Shown: positions 29,433-39,893 of the stretch, piece after piece
Layout: the number at the start of each line of letters is the position of its first letter
Position numbering within the stretch: the first letter of the stretch is position 1
Assembly (NCBI GenBank): GCA_038883775.1
Contig: JAVZLM010000004.1
Location: 113,442 to 177,441 of the forward strand
Direction: 5' to 3'
DNA from: Candidatus Bathyarchaeia archaeon
GTDB taxonomy: Archaea > Thermoproteota > Bathyarchaeia > Bathyarchaeales > Bathycorpusculaceae
Length of the DNA: 64,000 nt
Program-made: the position numbers and the translations under genes
Notes under the pieces: model-generated
Seen by the model: the letters and a program-made list of their open reading frames with translations, nothing else
Told to the model about the DNA's origin: nothing
The model's database searches: none

Positions 29433-30224
29433 TTGACAAACAAAGAAGCCTTAAACCTAATCTTCATTTACAGTGGAGAATTTGCAGAACGCGTAATAAG
29501 AAACTTGATAAACGACCCGAGCTTCTGCAAATCATGCGGGCTTTACTGTGATTCATGCAAATATAGCGTTTACAGTTTTGTCCGCAACATTCGAGCAGCA
29601 ATACAACTTCCAAATCCTACAGAACTGCCAGCTTTCATAGACAATCCAGAAGAGTATATGCCGAAGAAAATTCCAAGGGCTGATTTATGTATATCTTCTG
29701 GACTGCACAAAGACTTGCTTTTAGAACTCCCAAAACACATAAAGAATGCTGGAATTAAAGGGTTGATTGCGCCTATAGAAGATTTTAACGAAGTCCCATC
29801 AGGCTTAAAGAAGCAAATGGAAGAAAAATGTTTAGATTTGGGATTGGAATATGCTTTTCCGAAACCCTTTTGTTCTTTGGAACCATCGAAGGATAAGCCT
29901 ACAATTTCAAGGTTTATGAATGAAATGAAAGTTGGAAGACCATCATTGGAGATAACAATTGCGAAGAGGGGTAAACAAGAAGTTATAGACTCTGCAATGG
30001 TCAGGCGAAGCGCTCCATGCGGTTCCACATGGTACATAGCAAAAAAGCTTGTTGGAGTAGAATTGAAAAAGGAATTTCTTTATGATGCAATAGCAAAAGC
30101 CCACCACAGTTACCCTTGCACAGCAACAATGAACGTAGACCCTGAAACCAAAGAACCCATACTCCACATAGGCGGCTACATAATAAGAGAAGAAGTAGAG
30201 AAAGCTTTGAAACGGATAACTTAA
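29433..30224 (+). CDS. DUF166-family protein with N-terminal Cys cluster
   Basis: FIDNPEEY, PKPFCSL, RSAPCGST and HHSYPC; CKSCGLYCDSC. Confidence 0.75.
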   Translation: MTNKEALNLIFIYSGEFAERVIRNLINDPSFCKSCGLYCDSCKYSVYSFVRNIRAAIQLPNPTELPAFIDNPEEYMPKKIPRADLCISSGLHKDLLLELPKHIKNAGIKGLIAPIEDFNEVPSGLKKQMEEKCLDLGLEYAFPKPFCSLEPSKDKPTISRFMNEMKVGRPSLEITIAKRGKQEVIDSAMVRRSAPCGSTWYIAKKLVGVELKKEFLYDAIAKAHHSYPCTATMNVDPETKEPILHIGGYIIREEVEKALKRIT

Positions 30225-30249
30225 ATTAGGGACTTGAGAAGGCTTGTTT

Positions 30250-30648
30250 ATGCATGAATGGGCTTTGGCTGAAGCAATCATCATAACGGCATCGCAAATT
30301 GCAGAAAAGGAAGGATTAAGCGAAGTTACTGAAGTTAAAATAAAGGTTGGCGAACTGCAACAAGTTGAATCAGACATTTTAGAATTTGCGCTTTCGCAGT
30401 TGAAGTCTGGTAAGCTCAAAAAGGCAAAATTTCTAATAGAAGCTATGAAGGCAAAGCTGAAATGCAGAGTCTGCGGAAACCAATGGTTCTTTAGCAAAGA
30501 AAATTTGGACGAAAAAACAACAGAGGCCATACATTTTATTCCAGAAATCGCCCACACATATATCAAATGTCCAAAATGTGGAAGCCCAGACTTCGAAATA
30601 CTAGAAGGACGCGGAATCTGGCTTGAAAGCGTTAAGGGAGTGATATGA
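30250..30648 (+). CDS. hypA: hydrogenase nickel incorporation protein HypA
   Basis: MHEWALA, CRVC and CPKCGS. Confidence 0.95.
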   Translation: MHEWALAEAIIITASQIAEKEGLSEVTEVKIKVGELQQVESDILEFALSQLKSGKLKKAKFLIEAMKAKLKCRVCGNQWFFSKENLDEKTTEAIHFIPEIAHTYIKCPKCGSPDFEILEGRGIWLESVKGVI

Positions 30649-31376
30649 ACATGGCAGACCCGAGAATAAGTATAATAAACGAGCGTATAAAGGAAATTGG
30701 CAACATAATTGCTGTCTCAAGCGGAAAGGGCGGAGTTGGCAAAAGCTTAGTGGCATCAACCCTCGCACTAACACTAGCAAAGAAGGGTTATAGCGTGGGG
30801 CTTTTCGACTTGGATTTTACAAGTCCGTCAACACATGTAATATTGGGCATTGAGGGCGTACAGCCGAAGGAAGATAAGGGGTTGGTTCCGCCATTCGTGC
30901 ATGGTTTGAAGTATATGTCAATAGTTTATTACTCGGGTGAGTATGCATCCCCATTAAGAGGAGTAGATGTCTCAAATGCTTTAATCGAGTTACTTGCCAT
31001 TACAAAGTGGGGTAAGCTTGATTTTCTGGTTGTGGACATGCCGCCTGGCATTGGAGACGCAACCTTAGACTTGTTACGTTTAATTAAAAATGTAAAATTC
31101 CTAATCGTAACTACATCTTCTCTTTTAGCTTTTGAAACGGTCAGAAAACTCGTAAGCCTACTAAAGGCTTTGAATGTTCCAATTATCGGCGTTATTGAAA
31201 ACATGAAAATGAACAATTCTAAGACTATACAACAAAGAGTTCAAAGTTTAAGCGTACCATTCTTGAGCGAAATTCCCTTCGAAACCAAAATTGAAGAGTC
31301 CATAGGAAAAACCAACAAGCTTTTAAAAACAGCGTTCGCAGAAAAAGTGGGTGAAATAACCTCGAAAATTATTTAG
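30645..31376 (+). CDS. Mrp/MinD-family ATPase (probable ATP-type HypB partner of HypA)
   Basis: SGKGGVGKS, DMPPG and ENM; coupled to hypA as in Thermococcales; no CxxC after ENM. Confidence 0.85.
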   Translation: MNMADPRISIINERIKEIGNIIAVSSGKGGVGKSLVASTLALTLAKKGYSVGLFDLDFTSPSTHVILGIEGVQPKEDKGLVPPFVHGLKYMSIVYYSGEYASPLRGVDVSNALIELLAITKWGKLDFLVVDMPPGIGDATLDLLRLIKNVKFLIVTTSSLLAFETVRKLVSLLKALNVPIIGVIENMKMNNSKTIQQRVQSLSVPFLSEIPFETKIEESIGKTNKLLKTAFAEKVGEITSKII

Positions 31377-31762
31377 GCTTTCACCCTTTTTTTCTTAACC
31401 ACATTTTTCACAGGCTTGTCTTGCAACATAGCCTCTTCCAAAGAATTTGCCTTACGAAGCTCCTGCATATACCAACTTCTATCTCTTGAATAGTTTATGC
31501 CAGAAGCTATTCCAAAAACCATCAAAGATAAACCACAAATTATCATGGCTAATCCCAAGATTGCACCTGGATGCGCTTGTGCATAATATGGTATGAAGAT
31601 GAACCATTCTGGTTGTCCAGATAAAATTACTTTAGCCAAGCTTATGGTTTCTAACATTCCTCCAACAAAAAATACTACGCCAGCCACAAACATGAGGTAG
31701 GCTACAGACTCGTTGTGCCTTGATTCTTCAGCTTTCTCATGTAAATATTCTCTGAAGGACAT
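31373..31762 (-). CDS. hypothetical membrane protein (2 TM)
   Basis: Two hydrophobic segments and a charged tail. Confidence 0.7.
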   Translation of the reverse strand: MSFREYLHEKAEESRHNESVAYLMFVAGVVFFVGGMLETISLAKVILSGQPEWFIFIPYYAQAHPGAILGLAMIICGLSLMVFGIASGINYSRDRSWYMQELRKANSLEEAMLQDKPVKNVVKKKRVKA

Positions 31763-31853
31763 GAATGTTCAAATATGTCAAATTAGCGAACGTATACGTA
31801 AATATTATTATATGGAAATAAACATTGCAGAAATGAATTAGTAATAAACAAAA

Positions 31854-32618
31854 GTGAAATGGTGCATTGGCTTGTTGCCTATTAAAGCGATAATTTTCGA
31901 TTTCATCGGCACATTAACAAACGTTAAAAATTACAATTTAGAAAATTCAAAAATGAAGCTGTATAAGGCTTTAGTGGATGCAGGCTTTAATATTGGCATA
32001 GAAAGCTTTTTAGAGGCTTACACCCAAGCCCATGAGAAATACCGTGTCATAAGATACGAAAAATTGGTAGAAGTAACAAATTCCATTTGGATTTCAGAAG
32101 CCCTAAATAACCTTGGGTTTAAGGTAAACTCTGAAGATCCACGCATAAAAACAGCCGTAAATATATTCTTTGAAGATTATCTAAACTCGCTAGAACTTAG
32201 ACCATGCGCAAAAAAGCTCTTGGAAGAAGCCTCTATAGAATGCAAGTTAGGCTTAATTTCAAACTTTACATATGCACCCGTAATTTACGCTGGTCTCAGA
32301 AAATTGGGCATAAACCGCTTTTTCCATGCAATTTTGGTTTCTGAAGATGTGAGTTGGCGCAAACCTCACATAAAAATTTTCCAAGAAGCTTTACAAAGGC
32401 TTGGAGTGAAAGCAGAAGAAGTAGTTTATGTGGGAGACAGCCCAACAGAAGATATTATGGGAGCCAAAGCTGCCGGAATGAAAACAGTTTTTGTTCCATC
32501 ACAGTTTTACTCCTATGAAGAGTTGAAAAAAAACCAACAAAAACCAGACTTCATCGCAAAAAACCTCTGCACACTTTACAAGGTGTTTCCAAAAATTTTA
32601 AACAAAATAAACAATTAA
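31854..32618 (+). CDS. HAD-family hydrolase
   Basis: FDFIGTL, ISN, RKP and VGDSPTEDIMGA. Confidence 0.9.
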   Translation: MKWCIGLLPIKAIIFDFIGTLTNVKNYNLENSKMKLYKALVDAGFNIGIESFLEAYTQAHEKYRVIRYEKLVEVTNSIWISEALNNLGFKVNSEDPRIKTAVNIFFEDYLNSLELRPCAKKLLEEASIECKLGLISNFTYAPVIYAGLRKLGINRFFHAILVSEDVSWRKPHIKIFQEALQRLGVKAEEVVYVGDSPTEDIMGAKAAGMKTVFVPSQFYSYEELKKNQQKPDFIAKNLCTLYKVFPKILNKINN

Positions 32619-32819
32619 CCTTCGCTATTTTCCATACTTTTGGTTTAAAATCAAACCAATAGGAGGACCTACCTCTCCAGGTTTTTCTGCAAAACTTGCC
32701 GTATTTATGTGGTTTATTAATGCTTTTACAGTTTAAAGTGGTCTAAAACGGCTTTAACTAACGGAAAACATATAAATCGCTATAACGCTGTTCAATTGCA
32801 CAGTTGGAGCGAATACGAA

Positions 32820-33302
32820 GTGCCAAAATGGGGATACTCAATAACAGAAGAATTGGACCCAGAAAAAACCTTGAAGGCAAGCGAACGAGAAGTTAGGGTA
32901 TCCCATAAATCGGCACGGGAAGTATGCAGAACAATTAAGGGAATGAACCTTTCCCAAGCAAAACAATATTTGAGAGATGTCATCGCCAAAAAAAGAGCTG
33001 TGCCCTTTCGAAGGTTTAAAAAGAAGGCTGGACACCGTCATGGCTTGGAAAAGGCTTTTGCAGGCAGATATCCAGTGAAAGCTGCAAAACACATTCTTAA
33101 ACTATTAGAAGGTGCAGAAGCCACCGCTGAATATAAGGGCTTAGACACGGATAGAATGCGCATAATCCACGCTGCAGCCTATCCGGGAATGAAAATTAAA
33201 CGATACATGCCAAGGGCTCATGGAAGAGCCACACCAGATTTTGAAACTCTCTGCCACATAGAACTTGCCCTAGAAGAACAACCGGAAACAGGGGAAACTT
33301 GA
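32820..33302 (+). CDS. rpl22: 50S ribosomal protein L22
   Basis: VPFRRF, GRYPVKAA, PRAHGRA and CHIE. Confidence 0.96.
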   Translation: MPKWGYSITEELDPEKTLKASEREVRVSHKSAREVCRTIKGMNLSQAKQYLRDVIAKKRAVPFRRFKKKAGHRHGLEKAFAGRYPVKAAKHILKLLEGAEATAEYKGLDTDRMRIIHAAAYPGMKIKRYMPRAHGRATPDFETLCHIELALEEQPETGET

Positions 33303-33976
33303 TGGCATCCGTTCAACATTTTATAACAGAGTCGAAGAAAAGAACAGAGATCGACGAATTTCTGCAGAAAAAACTTGAAAAGGCAGGTTATGGCGGAGTA
33401 TCAATATCAAAAACCCCATTGGGAACACACATTGTAATTTACGCGATGCGTCCTGGACTGGTTATAGGACGCGGCGGAGAAACCATAAAGGAACTTGCAA
33501 ACATTTTAGAAGAGAAATTTAAGATTTCAAATCCGCAAATTTCTGTTTCAGAAATTGAAATTCCAGAACTGAACGCTTACGTTGTTGCCTCACGCGTTGC
33601 TTCAGCCCTTGAAAGAGGCGTGCATTTCAGGCGGGCTGGATTTTGGGCTTTAAACCAAGTTATGGAAGCAGGCGCCTTAGGCGCAGAAATAATCATAAGC
33701 GGCAAACTGCGAACCGAAAGGGCACGATTTGAAAAGTTTAGGGCTGGATACATGCCGAAATGTGGAGACCCAGCATTAAAATATATGCGCAAAGCTGAAG
33801 TTCACGTCCAACTAAAACCGGGAATTTTCGGCGTAAGAGTTAGGATAATGCCTCCAGACGCAGTTTTTCCAGACAAAATCCAAATAGCCGAAGCCCCACC
33901 ACCAGAAGAACCAGCAGAAACGGCAGAAGTGACTGCTGAAGAAAAAAGGGAAGAAGAAACGGAGGAAAGCGAGTAA
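33302..33976 (+). CDS. rps3: 30S ribosomal protein S3
   Basis: KH domain RPGLVIGRGG, GVHFRRA and ISGKL; acidic tail. Confidence 0.96.
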   Translation: MASVQHFITESKKRTEIDEFLQKKLEKAGYGGVSISKTPLGTHIVIYAMRPGLVIGRGGETIKELANILEEKFKISNPQISVSEIEIPELNAYVVASRVASALERGVHFRRAGFWALNQVMEAGALGAEIIISGKLRTERARFEKFRAGYMPKCGDPALKYMRKAEVHVQLKPGIFGVRVRIMPPDAVFPDKIQIAEAPPPEEPAETAEVTAEEKREEETEESE

Positions 33977-34213
33977 ATGCCCATAATGCGTCTTAAAGAA
34001 ATCCGTGATATGTCTTCAGAAGAGCGGATGAAAAAACTTACAGAACTTAAAACAGAACTCCAAAGACTAAAAACTATGGTCAAGGCAGGCGGCACCGTTG
34101 AAAATCCAGCGAGAATTAAGGAATTGCGTAAGACTATTGCCAGAATACTAACCATAGAAAGGGAACAAAAGATTGCCACCAAAAAAGTCGAGAAGGGGAA
34201 GAAAGAGAAATGA
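33977..34213 (+). CDS. rpl29: 50S ribosomal protein L29
   Basis: EIRDMS...ENPARIKELRKTIARILT. Confidence 0.95.
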   Translation: MPIMRLKEIRDMSSEERMKKLTELKTELQRLKTMVKAGGTVENPARIKELRKTIARILTIEREQKIATKKVEKGKKEK

Positions 34214-34491
34214 AAGTAACCCCAGACATAATCCGCAGCGAATTCATCGGAAAAGAAGCTAAAGTCGCTAAAAGTACGCATTCTGGTTATGTGGGATTAG
34301 CGGGCAAAATCATAGATGAAACTCGAAATACTTTCACAATTTTACATGAAGGGAAAAGGAAGAAGATTATAAAAGATTCAGCCATTTTCCATTTCAAATT
34401 TTCTGACGGAACGGTTGTTGAGATTGATGGTAAACTTCTTTTAGGAAGACCTGATGATCGCCTCAAAAAACGTGTTAAGAGGTTATGGTGA
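34210..34491 (+). CDS. rnp1: ribonuclease P protein component 1 (Rpp29/Pop4)
   Basis: EFIG, GKIIDETRNT and IDGKLLLGRPDDRLK; conserved position. Confidence 0.93.
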   Translation: MKVTPDIIRSEFIGKEAKVAKSTHSGYVGLAGKIIDETRNTFTILHEGKRKKIIKDSAIFHFKFSDGTVVEIDGKLLLGRPDDRLKKRVKRLW

Positions 34492-34808
34492 TGTCGCTCA
34501 CTTTTAAAAAACCCAGGAAAACTTGCAATGACAGGAATTGTCCCTTTCACGGAGAACTCCCAATAAGGGGTCGCATATTAGATGGTTACGTTGTCAGTGC
34601 GAAAATGGATAAAACTGTTATTGTTAAAAGGGATTATCTTCATTACGTTCCAAAGTTCATGAGATATGAAAGGCGACACAGCCGCATTCCATCCCACAAC
34701 CCGCCATGCATAGACGCAAAAGAAGGCGACCGAGTAATAATTGCTGAATGTCGACCCATAAGCAAAACCGTGTCCTTTGTTGTTGTAGAGAAGATGGAGG
34801 AGAAGTAA
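34485..34808 (+). CDS. rps17: 30S ribosomal protein S17
   Basis: [16 protein letters not shown] and ECRPISKT. Confidence 0.96.
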   Translation: MVMSLTFKKPRKTCNDRNCPFHGELPIRGRILDGYVVSAKMDKTVIVKRDYLHYVPKFMRYERRHSRIPSHNPPCIDAKEGDRVIIAECRPISKTVSFVVVEKMEEK

Positions 34809-34810
34809 AA

Positions 34811-35251
34811 ATGGCGGCAAAGGCAAAACAGAGAGCTTTAGTTGCTAAGGGAATGATTGGATTTGGACCAAAAATTTCAAGGGGACTTCCAGTCGGCTCA
34901 ATCTTAAGGTGCGCTGATAATACTGGCGCAAGAGAACTGAGATTGGTTCAAGTTATGGGATATAAGGGAAGACTGCGCCGTTATCCAGCTGCAGCCGTTG
35001 GCGACAGAATAGTGGTCTCTGTTAGACATGGAACGCCCGACATGAGAAAGAAAATTTTTCAAGCCGTGGTTGTAAGGCAAAGAAAACCTTTCAGAAGGAA
35101 CGATGGCGTTTGGGTTCAATTTGAAGATAATGCAGCAGTAATAATAACCCCAGATGGAGAAATGAAGGGTTCAGAAATTCGTGGACCAGTGGCAAAGGAG
35201 GCTGCTGAAAGATGGCCAAGAATAGCAAGCGCCGCGAGCATAATAATTTAG
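34811..35251 (+). CDS. rpl14: 50S ribosomal protein L14
   Basis: CADNTGA, FEDNAAV and GPVAKE. Confidence 0.96.
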   Translation: MAAKAKQRALVAKGMIGFGPKISRGLPVGSILRCADNTGARELRLVQVMGYKGRLRRYPAAAVGDRIVVSVRHGTPDMRKKIFQAVVVRQRKPFRRNDGVWVQFEDNAAVIITPDGEMKGSEIRGPVAKEAAERWPRIASAASIII

Positions 35252-35261
35252 GTGAAGGCAT

Positions 35262-35876
35262 ATGCAAACAGTAAAGGCTGTAACAAAACCAACAAAACAA
35301 AGAAAAAGGCTATTTCAAGCCCCAGACCACATACGCTACAAGCTCTTTGCCGCTCCGCTTTCGCCAGAACTTAGGAAATCCCATGGGGTTAAAACCATTC
35401 CAGTAAGGAGCGGCGATACTGTGCGAATCATGCGGGGAGACCACAAGGGCTTTGAGGGAAAAATCACCAAGGTTGACCGGGAAAAGTATAGGATTTATGT
35501 TGAAGGTTTAACAAGGGAAAAGGTTGATGGAACCACAACCTTCGTTCCAATACATCCGTCAAAAGTTATGATTACCCGCTTAAATCTTGATGATAAATGG
35601 CGAAAGAAAATTTTGGCAAGAAAGAAAGAGGCGAGAAAGAAAATAGAAGAGGCTGCAGCAAAAAAGGTTCCAGAAAAAATTGAAGAAGTCAAAGAGGAAG
35701 TTATTGAAGAAAAAGTTGTGGAGGAAGAAAAACCGAAAAGAAGAAGACGAAGGCAAAAAGCACCAAGAAAATCAGTTAAAAAAGCTGAAGAATTTAAAGA
35801 AGAAGAGAAACCGAAAACGAGGAAAAGGAGAGCCAAACGCAAAACTGCTACAAAGAAAACTGAAGGAGGAAAATAG
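35262..35876 (+). CDS. rpl24: 50S ribosomal protein L24 with long charged C-terminal tail
   Basis: KQRK, GDTVRIMRG and PIHPSKV; tail of about 80 aa. Confidence 0.95.
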   Translation: MQTVKAVTKPTKQRKRLFQAPDHIRYKLFAAPLSPELRKSHGVKTIPVRSGDTVRIMRGDHKGFEGKITKVDREKYRIYVEGLTREKVDGTTTFVPIHPSKVMITRLNLDDKWRKKILARKKEARKKIEEAAAKKVPEKIEEVKEEVIEEKVVEEEKPKRRRRRQKAPRKSVKKAEEFKEEEKPKTRKRRAKRKTATKKTEGGK

Positions 35877-35878
35877 TT

Positions 35879-36637
35879 TTGGGCAAAAAAGGAGAATCAA
35901 CAGGGCTGAAGCGCAAACCAGCTCCGAGATTTTGGCCAATCCACAGAAAAGAATTTGTTTGGGTAGTTAAACCATCGCCTGGACCACATTCTCTTGAAAC
36001 TTGTTTGCCGCTAACCATAATTTTGCGGGATATTTTGGGTTTCGCCAAAACAAGGAAAGAGGCTAAAACCATAGTTTCTGAAGGAAAAGTTTATGTAGAT
36101 GGGAAGATTAGGCGTGAAGATGATTTTCCAACGGGTTTGATGGATGTTATTTCCATATTAGATGTGGATAAACACTTTCGCTTATTACCATCCAAGAAGG
36201 GCTTAATCCTTCATCCCATCAACAAGGATGAGATTAGCTTTAAGCTTTGTAGAATAGAAAACAAGACAACTGTAAAAAATGGGCATGTGCAGCTTAATCT
36301 TCATGACGGCTCAAACATTTTAGTGAAAGTTGCAGATCCAAAGAACTCACAAGAAGACGTCTACGAAACCCTTGACACATTAAAGATAAGTCTTCCAGAA
36401 AGGCAAATTCTCGAACACATAAAATTGAAGGAAAACAGTTTCGCCATAATAACCGGTGGAAAAAACATTGGAAAATATGGCAAAATAGTGGAAATTGAAA
36501 GTGCAAAGGGGAAGAAGCGGCGAAATACCCTTGCAGTAATAGAAGATGAGAAAGGCAACCGTTACCAAACAATTTTGAACTTCGTTTTTGCAATCGGCGA
36601 AAAACAACCACTAATATCGCTTCCGGAGGCGGCTTAA
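35879..36637 (+). CDS. rps4e: 30S ribosomal protein S4e
   Basis: LKR..AP, PSPGPH, GLMDVI and LNLHDG. Confidence 0.96.
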   Translation: MGKKGESTGLKRKPAPRFWPIHRKEFVWVVKPSPGPHSLETCLPLTIILRDILGFAKTRKEAKTIVSEGKVYVDGKIRREDDFPTGLMDVISILDVDKHFRLLPSKKGLILHPINKDEISFKLCRIENKTTVKNGHVQLNLHDGSNILVKVADPKNSQEDVYETLDTLKISLPERQILEHIKLKENSFAIITGGKNIGKYGKIVEIESAKGKKRRNTLAVIEDEKGNRYQTILNFVFAIGEKQPLISLPEAA

Positions 36638-37177
36638 TTGTCTGAAGATGAAATTCGTAAAATCTGGGAAGAAAACCCAACACTTAAACCAAAAATTGAA
36701 AAGGTTGTTGTAAACATTAGCGTCGGAAAATCTGGAGAACCATTAGAAAAAGCCTCAAAAGTATTAAAACAGTTAACAGGTCAAACTCCGTGCAAAAGGA
36801 AGGCAAAGAAAACCATAAGAGATTTTGGAATAAGAAAGGGCGAACCGATAGCTTGCATAGTAACCCTCAGAAAACAAAGGGCGATAGAGTTTTTAAAGAA
36901 AGTCTTGCCAGTGATTGACAACAAAATTTCAAAAGAACGTTTTGACGAACATGGCAATTTCTCCTTTGGAATAAAAGAGCATATCGAAATTTCAGGCGTA
37001 AAATACGACCCAGAAATAGGCATATTTGGCATGGACGTCTGCGTTTCGCTCTGCCGTCCAGGATATCGCGTGAAAAATCGCCGAAAAAGGAAAGCACAAA
37101 TTGGTTCAAAACACATTCTAACGCCCGAAGAAGCCATAGTCTTCGTTAAGGACAATTTGGGAGTTGAAATAGTATAA
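36638..37177 (+). CDS. rpl5: 50S ribosomal protein L5
   Basis: [18 protein letters not shown] and [11 protein letters not shown]. Confidence 0.96.
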   Translation: MSEDEIRKIWEENPTLKPKIEKVVVNISVGKSGEPLEKASKVLKQLTGQTPCKRKAKKTIRDFGIRKGEPIACIVTLRKQRAIEFLKKVLPVIDNKISKERFDEHGNFSFGIKEHIEISGVKYDPEIGIFGMDVCVSLCRPGYRVKNRRKRKAQIGSKHILTPEEAIVFVKDNLGVEIV

Positions 37178-37191
37178 AAGAGGAGAGCGGC

Positions 37192-37356
37192 ATGGGTAAA
37201 CAGAAACCTAAAAAGGAAAGAAAATATGGAAAGGGAGCGAGACCATGCAGCCGATGCGGTTCCTATGGTCCAGTGATTCGACGCTACAATTTATATTTAT
37301 GTCGCCATTGTTTTAGGGAAGTAGCCAAAAAACTCGGCTTCAAAAAATATGAGTGA
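37192..37356 (+). CDS. rps14: 30S ribosomal protein S14 (zinc type)
   Basis: Not in the ORF track. MGKQKP...CSRCG...[19 protein letters not shown]. Confidence 0.96.
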   Translation: MGKQKPKKERKYGKGARPCSRCGSYGPVIRRYNLYLCRHCFREVAKKLGFKKYE

Positions 37357-37745
37357 TGGCGATGGACACTTTGGCAAATGGTTTAATAACAATCATGAAC
37401 AACGAACTGCGCAATAAACGCGAATGCGTAATTAGCCCTGCCTCTAAACTTTTGGGAAGGGTTTTAAGGATTATGCAGTTGAACGGTTACATTGGAGAAT
37501 TTGAATTTGTGGATGATGGGCGTTCTGGAAAATTCAAAGTTCAGCTTTTAGGAAGAATAAACAAGTGCGGAGCCATCAAACCCCGCTTCGCAGTTAAAGC
37601 TGACGAAATTGAAGAGTGGGAGAAAAAATTCCTTCCATCAAGAGATGTTGGCATATTGATAATTTCAACACCAAAGGGAGTGCTATCCCATAAGGAGGCA
37701 AAAGAAAAACACTTTGGGGGCAGGCTAACAGCATTCGTTTACTAA
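37356..37745 (+). CDS. rps8: 30S ribosomal protein S8
   Basis: DTLANGL, GYIGEFE, GRINKCG and STPKG. Confidence 0.96.
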   Translation: MAMDTLANGLITIMNNELRNKRECVISPASKLLGRVLRIMQLNGYIGEFEFVDDGRSGKFKVQLLGRINKCGAIKPRFAVKADEIEEWEKKFLPSRDVGILIISTPKGVLSHKEAKEKHFGGRLTAFVY

Positions 37746-37760
37746 AGGAGGGCATTTAAG

Positions 37761-38309
37761 ATGCGTGCCATTGAAATCTCCAGAACCATTCAAATTCCAG
37801 AAGACGTAGAAGTAACCCTTCAAGGAAGGAAAATAACAGTTAAAGGCGCCAAAGGAACATTAACCCGCGACTTTTCCTCCGCCCCCGTATCAATACAGTT
37901 AGATGGCAAAATCCTTCGCATATGGGCTGAATGGCCACGGAAAAAGGAAGCAGCCATCGTAGGCACAATTTTTTCGCATATCCAGAATATGATTACTGGA
38001 GTTAGGAAAGGTTTTACATGCAAGCTTAAGATAGTTTTCTCCCATTTTCCAATATCAGTTAAAATAAAAGATAAGACTGTTTTAATTGAAAATTTCACGG
38101 GCGAACGCAACCCAAGAAAGGCGAAAATAATAGGCGATGTGCAAGTTAAAGTTCAAAGCGAAGACATAATCGTTCAAGGAATAAACTTGGAAGATGTGAG
38201 CCAAACCGCCGCAAACATTGAACAAGCCACTAAAGTGAAAAGAAAAGACCCCAGAGTCTTTCTTGATGGCATATACGTTTATGAAAAAGTTGAGGGAATG
38301 CAAATATGA
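37761..38309 (+). CDS. rpl6: 50S ribosomal protein L6
   Basis: NMITGV, SHFPI and DPRVFLDGIY. Confidence 0.96.
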   Translation: MRAIEISRTIQIPEDVEVTLQGRKITVKGAKGTLTRDFSSAPVSIQLDGKILRIWAEWPRKKEAAIVGTIFSHIQNMITGVRKGFTCKLKIVFSHFPISVKIKDKTVLIENFTGERNPRKAKIIGDVQVKVQSEDIIVQGINLEDVSQTAANIEQATKVKRKDPRVFLDGIYVYEKVEGMQI

Positions 38310-38827
38310 CAGAGCCGTCAACTACAGAAAAGGCATTAAAACTGAGGGCGCAAGTGAAGAAGCGAAAGCCAAAATTTGTCAGACAAGAAAGTTGGCGATA
38401 CAAACGCTTGAAAGAAAACTGGCGCAGACCAAAGGGCATAGACAACAAAATGCGAAGAAAAATAAAGGGTTGGCCACTCACAGTAAATGTTGGATATAGA
38501 GGACCAAAAGTTGCCAGAGGACTTCATCCATCGGGTTACAAAGAAGTTTTAGTACATAATGCTGAAGAGCTAAAGAAAATTGACCCGAAAACCCAAGCAG
38601 TGCGGATTGCCCACACTGTTGGAAAAAGGGAAAGAATCAAAATCCTCACCGAATCGAGAAAGAGGAAGATAACTGTTCTGAATGTTAAAGAAATTAAGGA
38701 AACTGTTGAAGAAAAGGAAGAGGAGAGACCTGAAAAAAAGGAAGAGATTGAAGAGAAGGAAAAACCAAAACCAAAGCGAAGGAGAAAAAAGAAACCTAAA
38801 GAAGAAGGGAGCGCGGAAAAGCAATGA
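38306..38827 (+). CDS. rpl32e: 50S ribosomal protein L32e with charged tail
   Basis: FVRQES, WRRPKGIDNK and RGLHPSG. Confidence 0.96.
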   Translation: MTEPSTTEKALKLRAQVKKRKPKFVRQESWRYKRLKENWRRPKGIDNKMRRKIKGWPLTVNVGYRGPKVARGLHPSGYKEVLVHNAEELKKIDPKTQAVRIAHTVGKRERIKILTESRKRKITVLNVKEIKETVEEKEEERPEKKEEIEEKEKPKPKRRRKKKPKEEGSAEKQ

Positions 38828-39279
38828 CGAGCCTTAAAAGTCAGCGGCGCATTGCAGCAAAAATATTGAAGGTTGGACAAAACCGTGTATGGATAGATCC
38901 AAATAGAATGGAAGATGCCGAAACAGCAATAACAAGGGAAGAAATCAGAAAATTAATTCACGAAGGCGTAATAAAGCCTCTTCCCATAAAGGGCATAAGC
39001 CATTCGAGAGCAAGAATTTTGCATGAGAAGAAAAAGAAGGGTAGAAGGCGTGGTGTTGGCTCCAGAAGTGGTGCAGCCCACGCAAAAATTTCTAAGAAAG
39101 ATGTTTGGATGAGCAGGATTAGGGCTTTAAGAAAGAGACTTCGCGAATTAAAAGCCAACAAAACCATCACGGAAAGTACGTACCGAAAATTATACAGGAT
39201 GGCAAGCAGCGGAAGATTCAGTTCTGTCGCTGACTTAGAGCGTTATCTCAAAGCCCATGAACTCTGGAGGAAACGTTAA
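38824..39279 (+). CDS. rpl19e: 50S ribosomal protein L19e
   Basis: [19 protein letters not shown] and WMSRIRALR. Confidence 0.96.
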   Translation: MTSLKSQRRIAAKILKVGQNRVWIDPNRMEDAETAITREEIRKLIHEGVIKPLPIKGISHSRARILHEKKKKGRRRGVGSRSGAAHAKISKKDVWMSRIRALRKRLRELKANKTITESTYRKLYRMASSGRFSSVADLERYLKAHELWRKR

Positions 39280-39893
39280 TGGCTAAAAGCTCACGCTACT
39301 GTGTCCCATTTCGGAGGAGAAGGGAGGGGAAAACAAATTATAAATCAAGAAGGGCATTGGTGCTTTCTGGAAAACCTCGCTTAGTAACTCGCATCACACT
39401 CAAAAATGTAATAGCCCAAATAATAACGGCAAAACCCCATGGAGACGAAGTTTTAGTATCAGCCCACAGCAGAGAACTGACAAAAACCTATGGATGGAAA
39501 GCCTCCAAGAAAAATCTTCCAGCCGCCTATTTGACTGGGTTTCTTTGTGGATTAAAAGCCAAAGCAAAAGGAATAAAAGAAGCAATTTTAGACATTGGAC
39601 TGCATTCACCTTCTAAAGGAGCAAAGGTTTTCGCCGTCTTAAAGGGAGTGTTAGATGCTGGAATAGATGTGCCCTATGGCGAGGAAAAACTACCAGACGA
39701 GAAAAGAATAAGGGGTGAACACATTGTGCAATATGCGCAAAGTTTAGCCTCCTCTAACCCTGAACAGTACCAGATTAGATTTTCACAGTATTTGAAACAA
39801 AAATTCCCTCCAGAAAACATCAGCGAACACTTTGCGAAGGTCAAAGCAGAAATTGTTTCCGCATTCAAGAAGGAAGGAGGTAGAAAGAAGTGA
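39279..39893 (+). CDS. rpl18: 50S ribosomal protein L18
   Basis: [19 protein letters not shown] and LDIGL. Confidence 0.96.
   Translation: MAKSSRYCVPFRRRREGKTNYKSRRALVLSGKPRLVTRITLKNVIAQIITAKPHGDEVLVSAHSRELTKTYGWKASKKNLPAAYLTGFLCGLKAKAKGIKEAILDIGLHSPSKGAKVFAVLKGVLDAGIDVPYGEEKLPDEKRIRGEHIVQYAQSLASSNPEQYQIRFSQYLKQKFPPENISEHFAKVKAEIVSAFKKEGGRKK

Noticed and set aside
34748-34810. Longer N-terminus for L14
   Set aside because: It overlaps rps17; the ATG at 34811 after GGAGGAG fits better.
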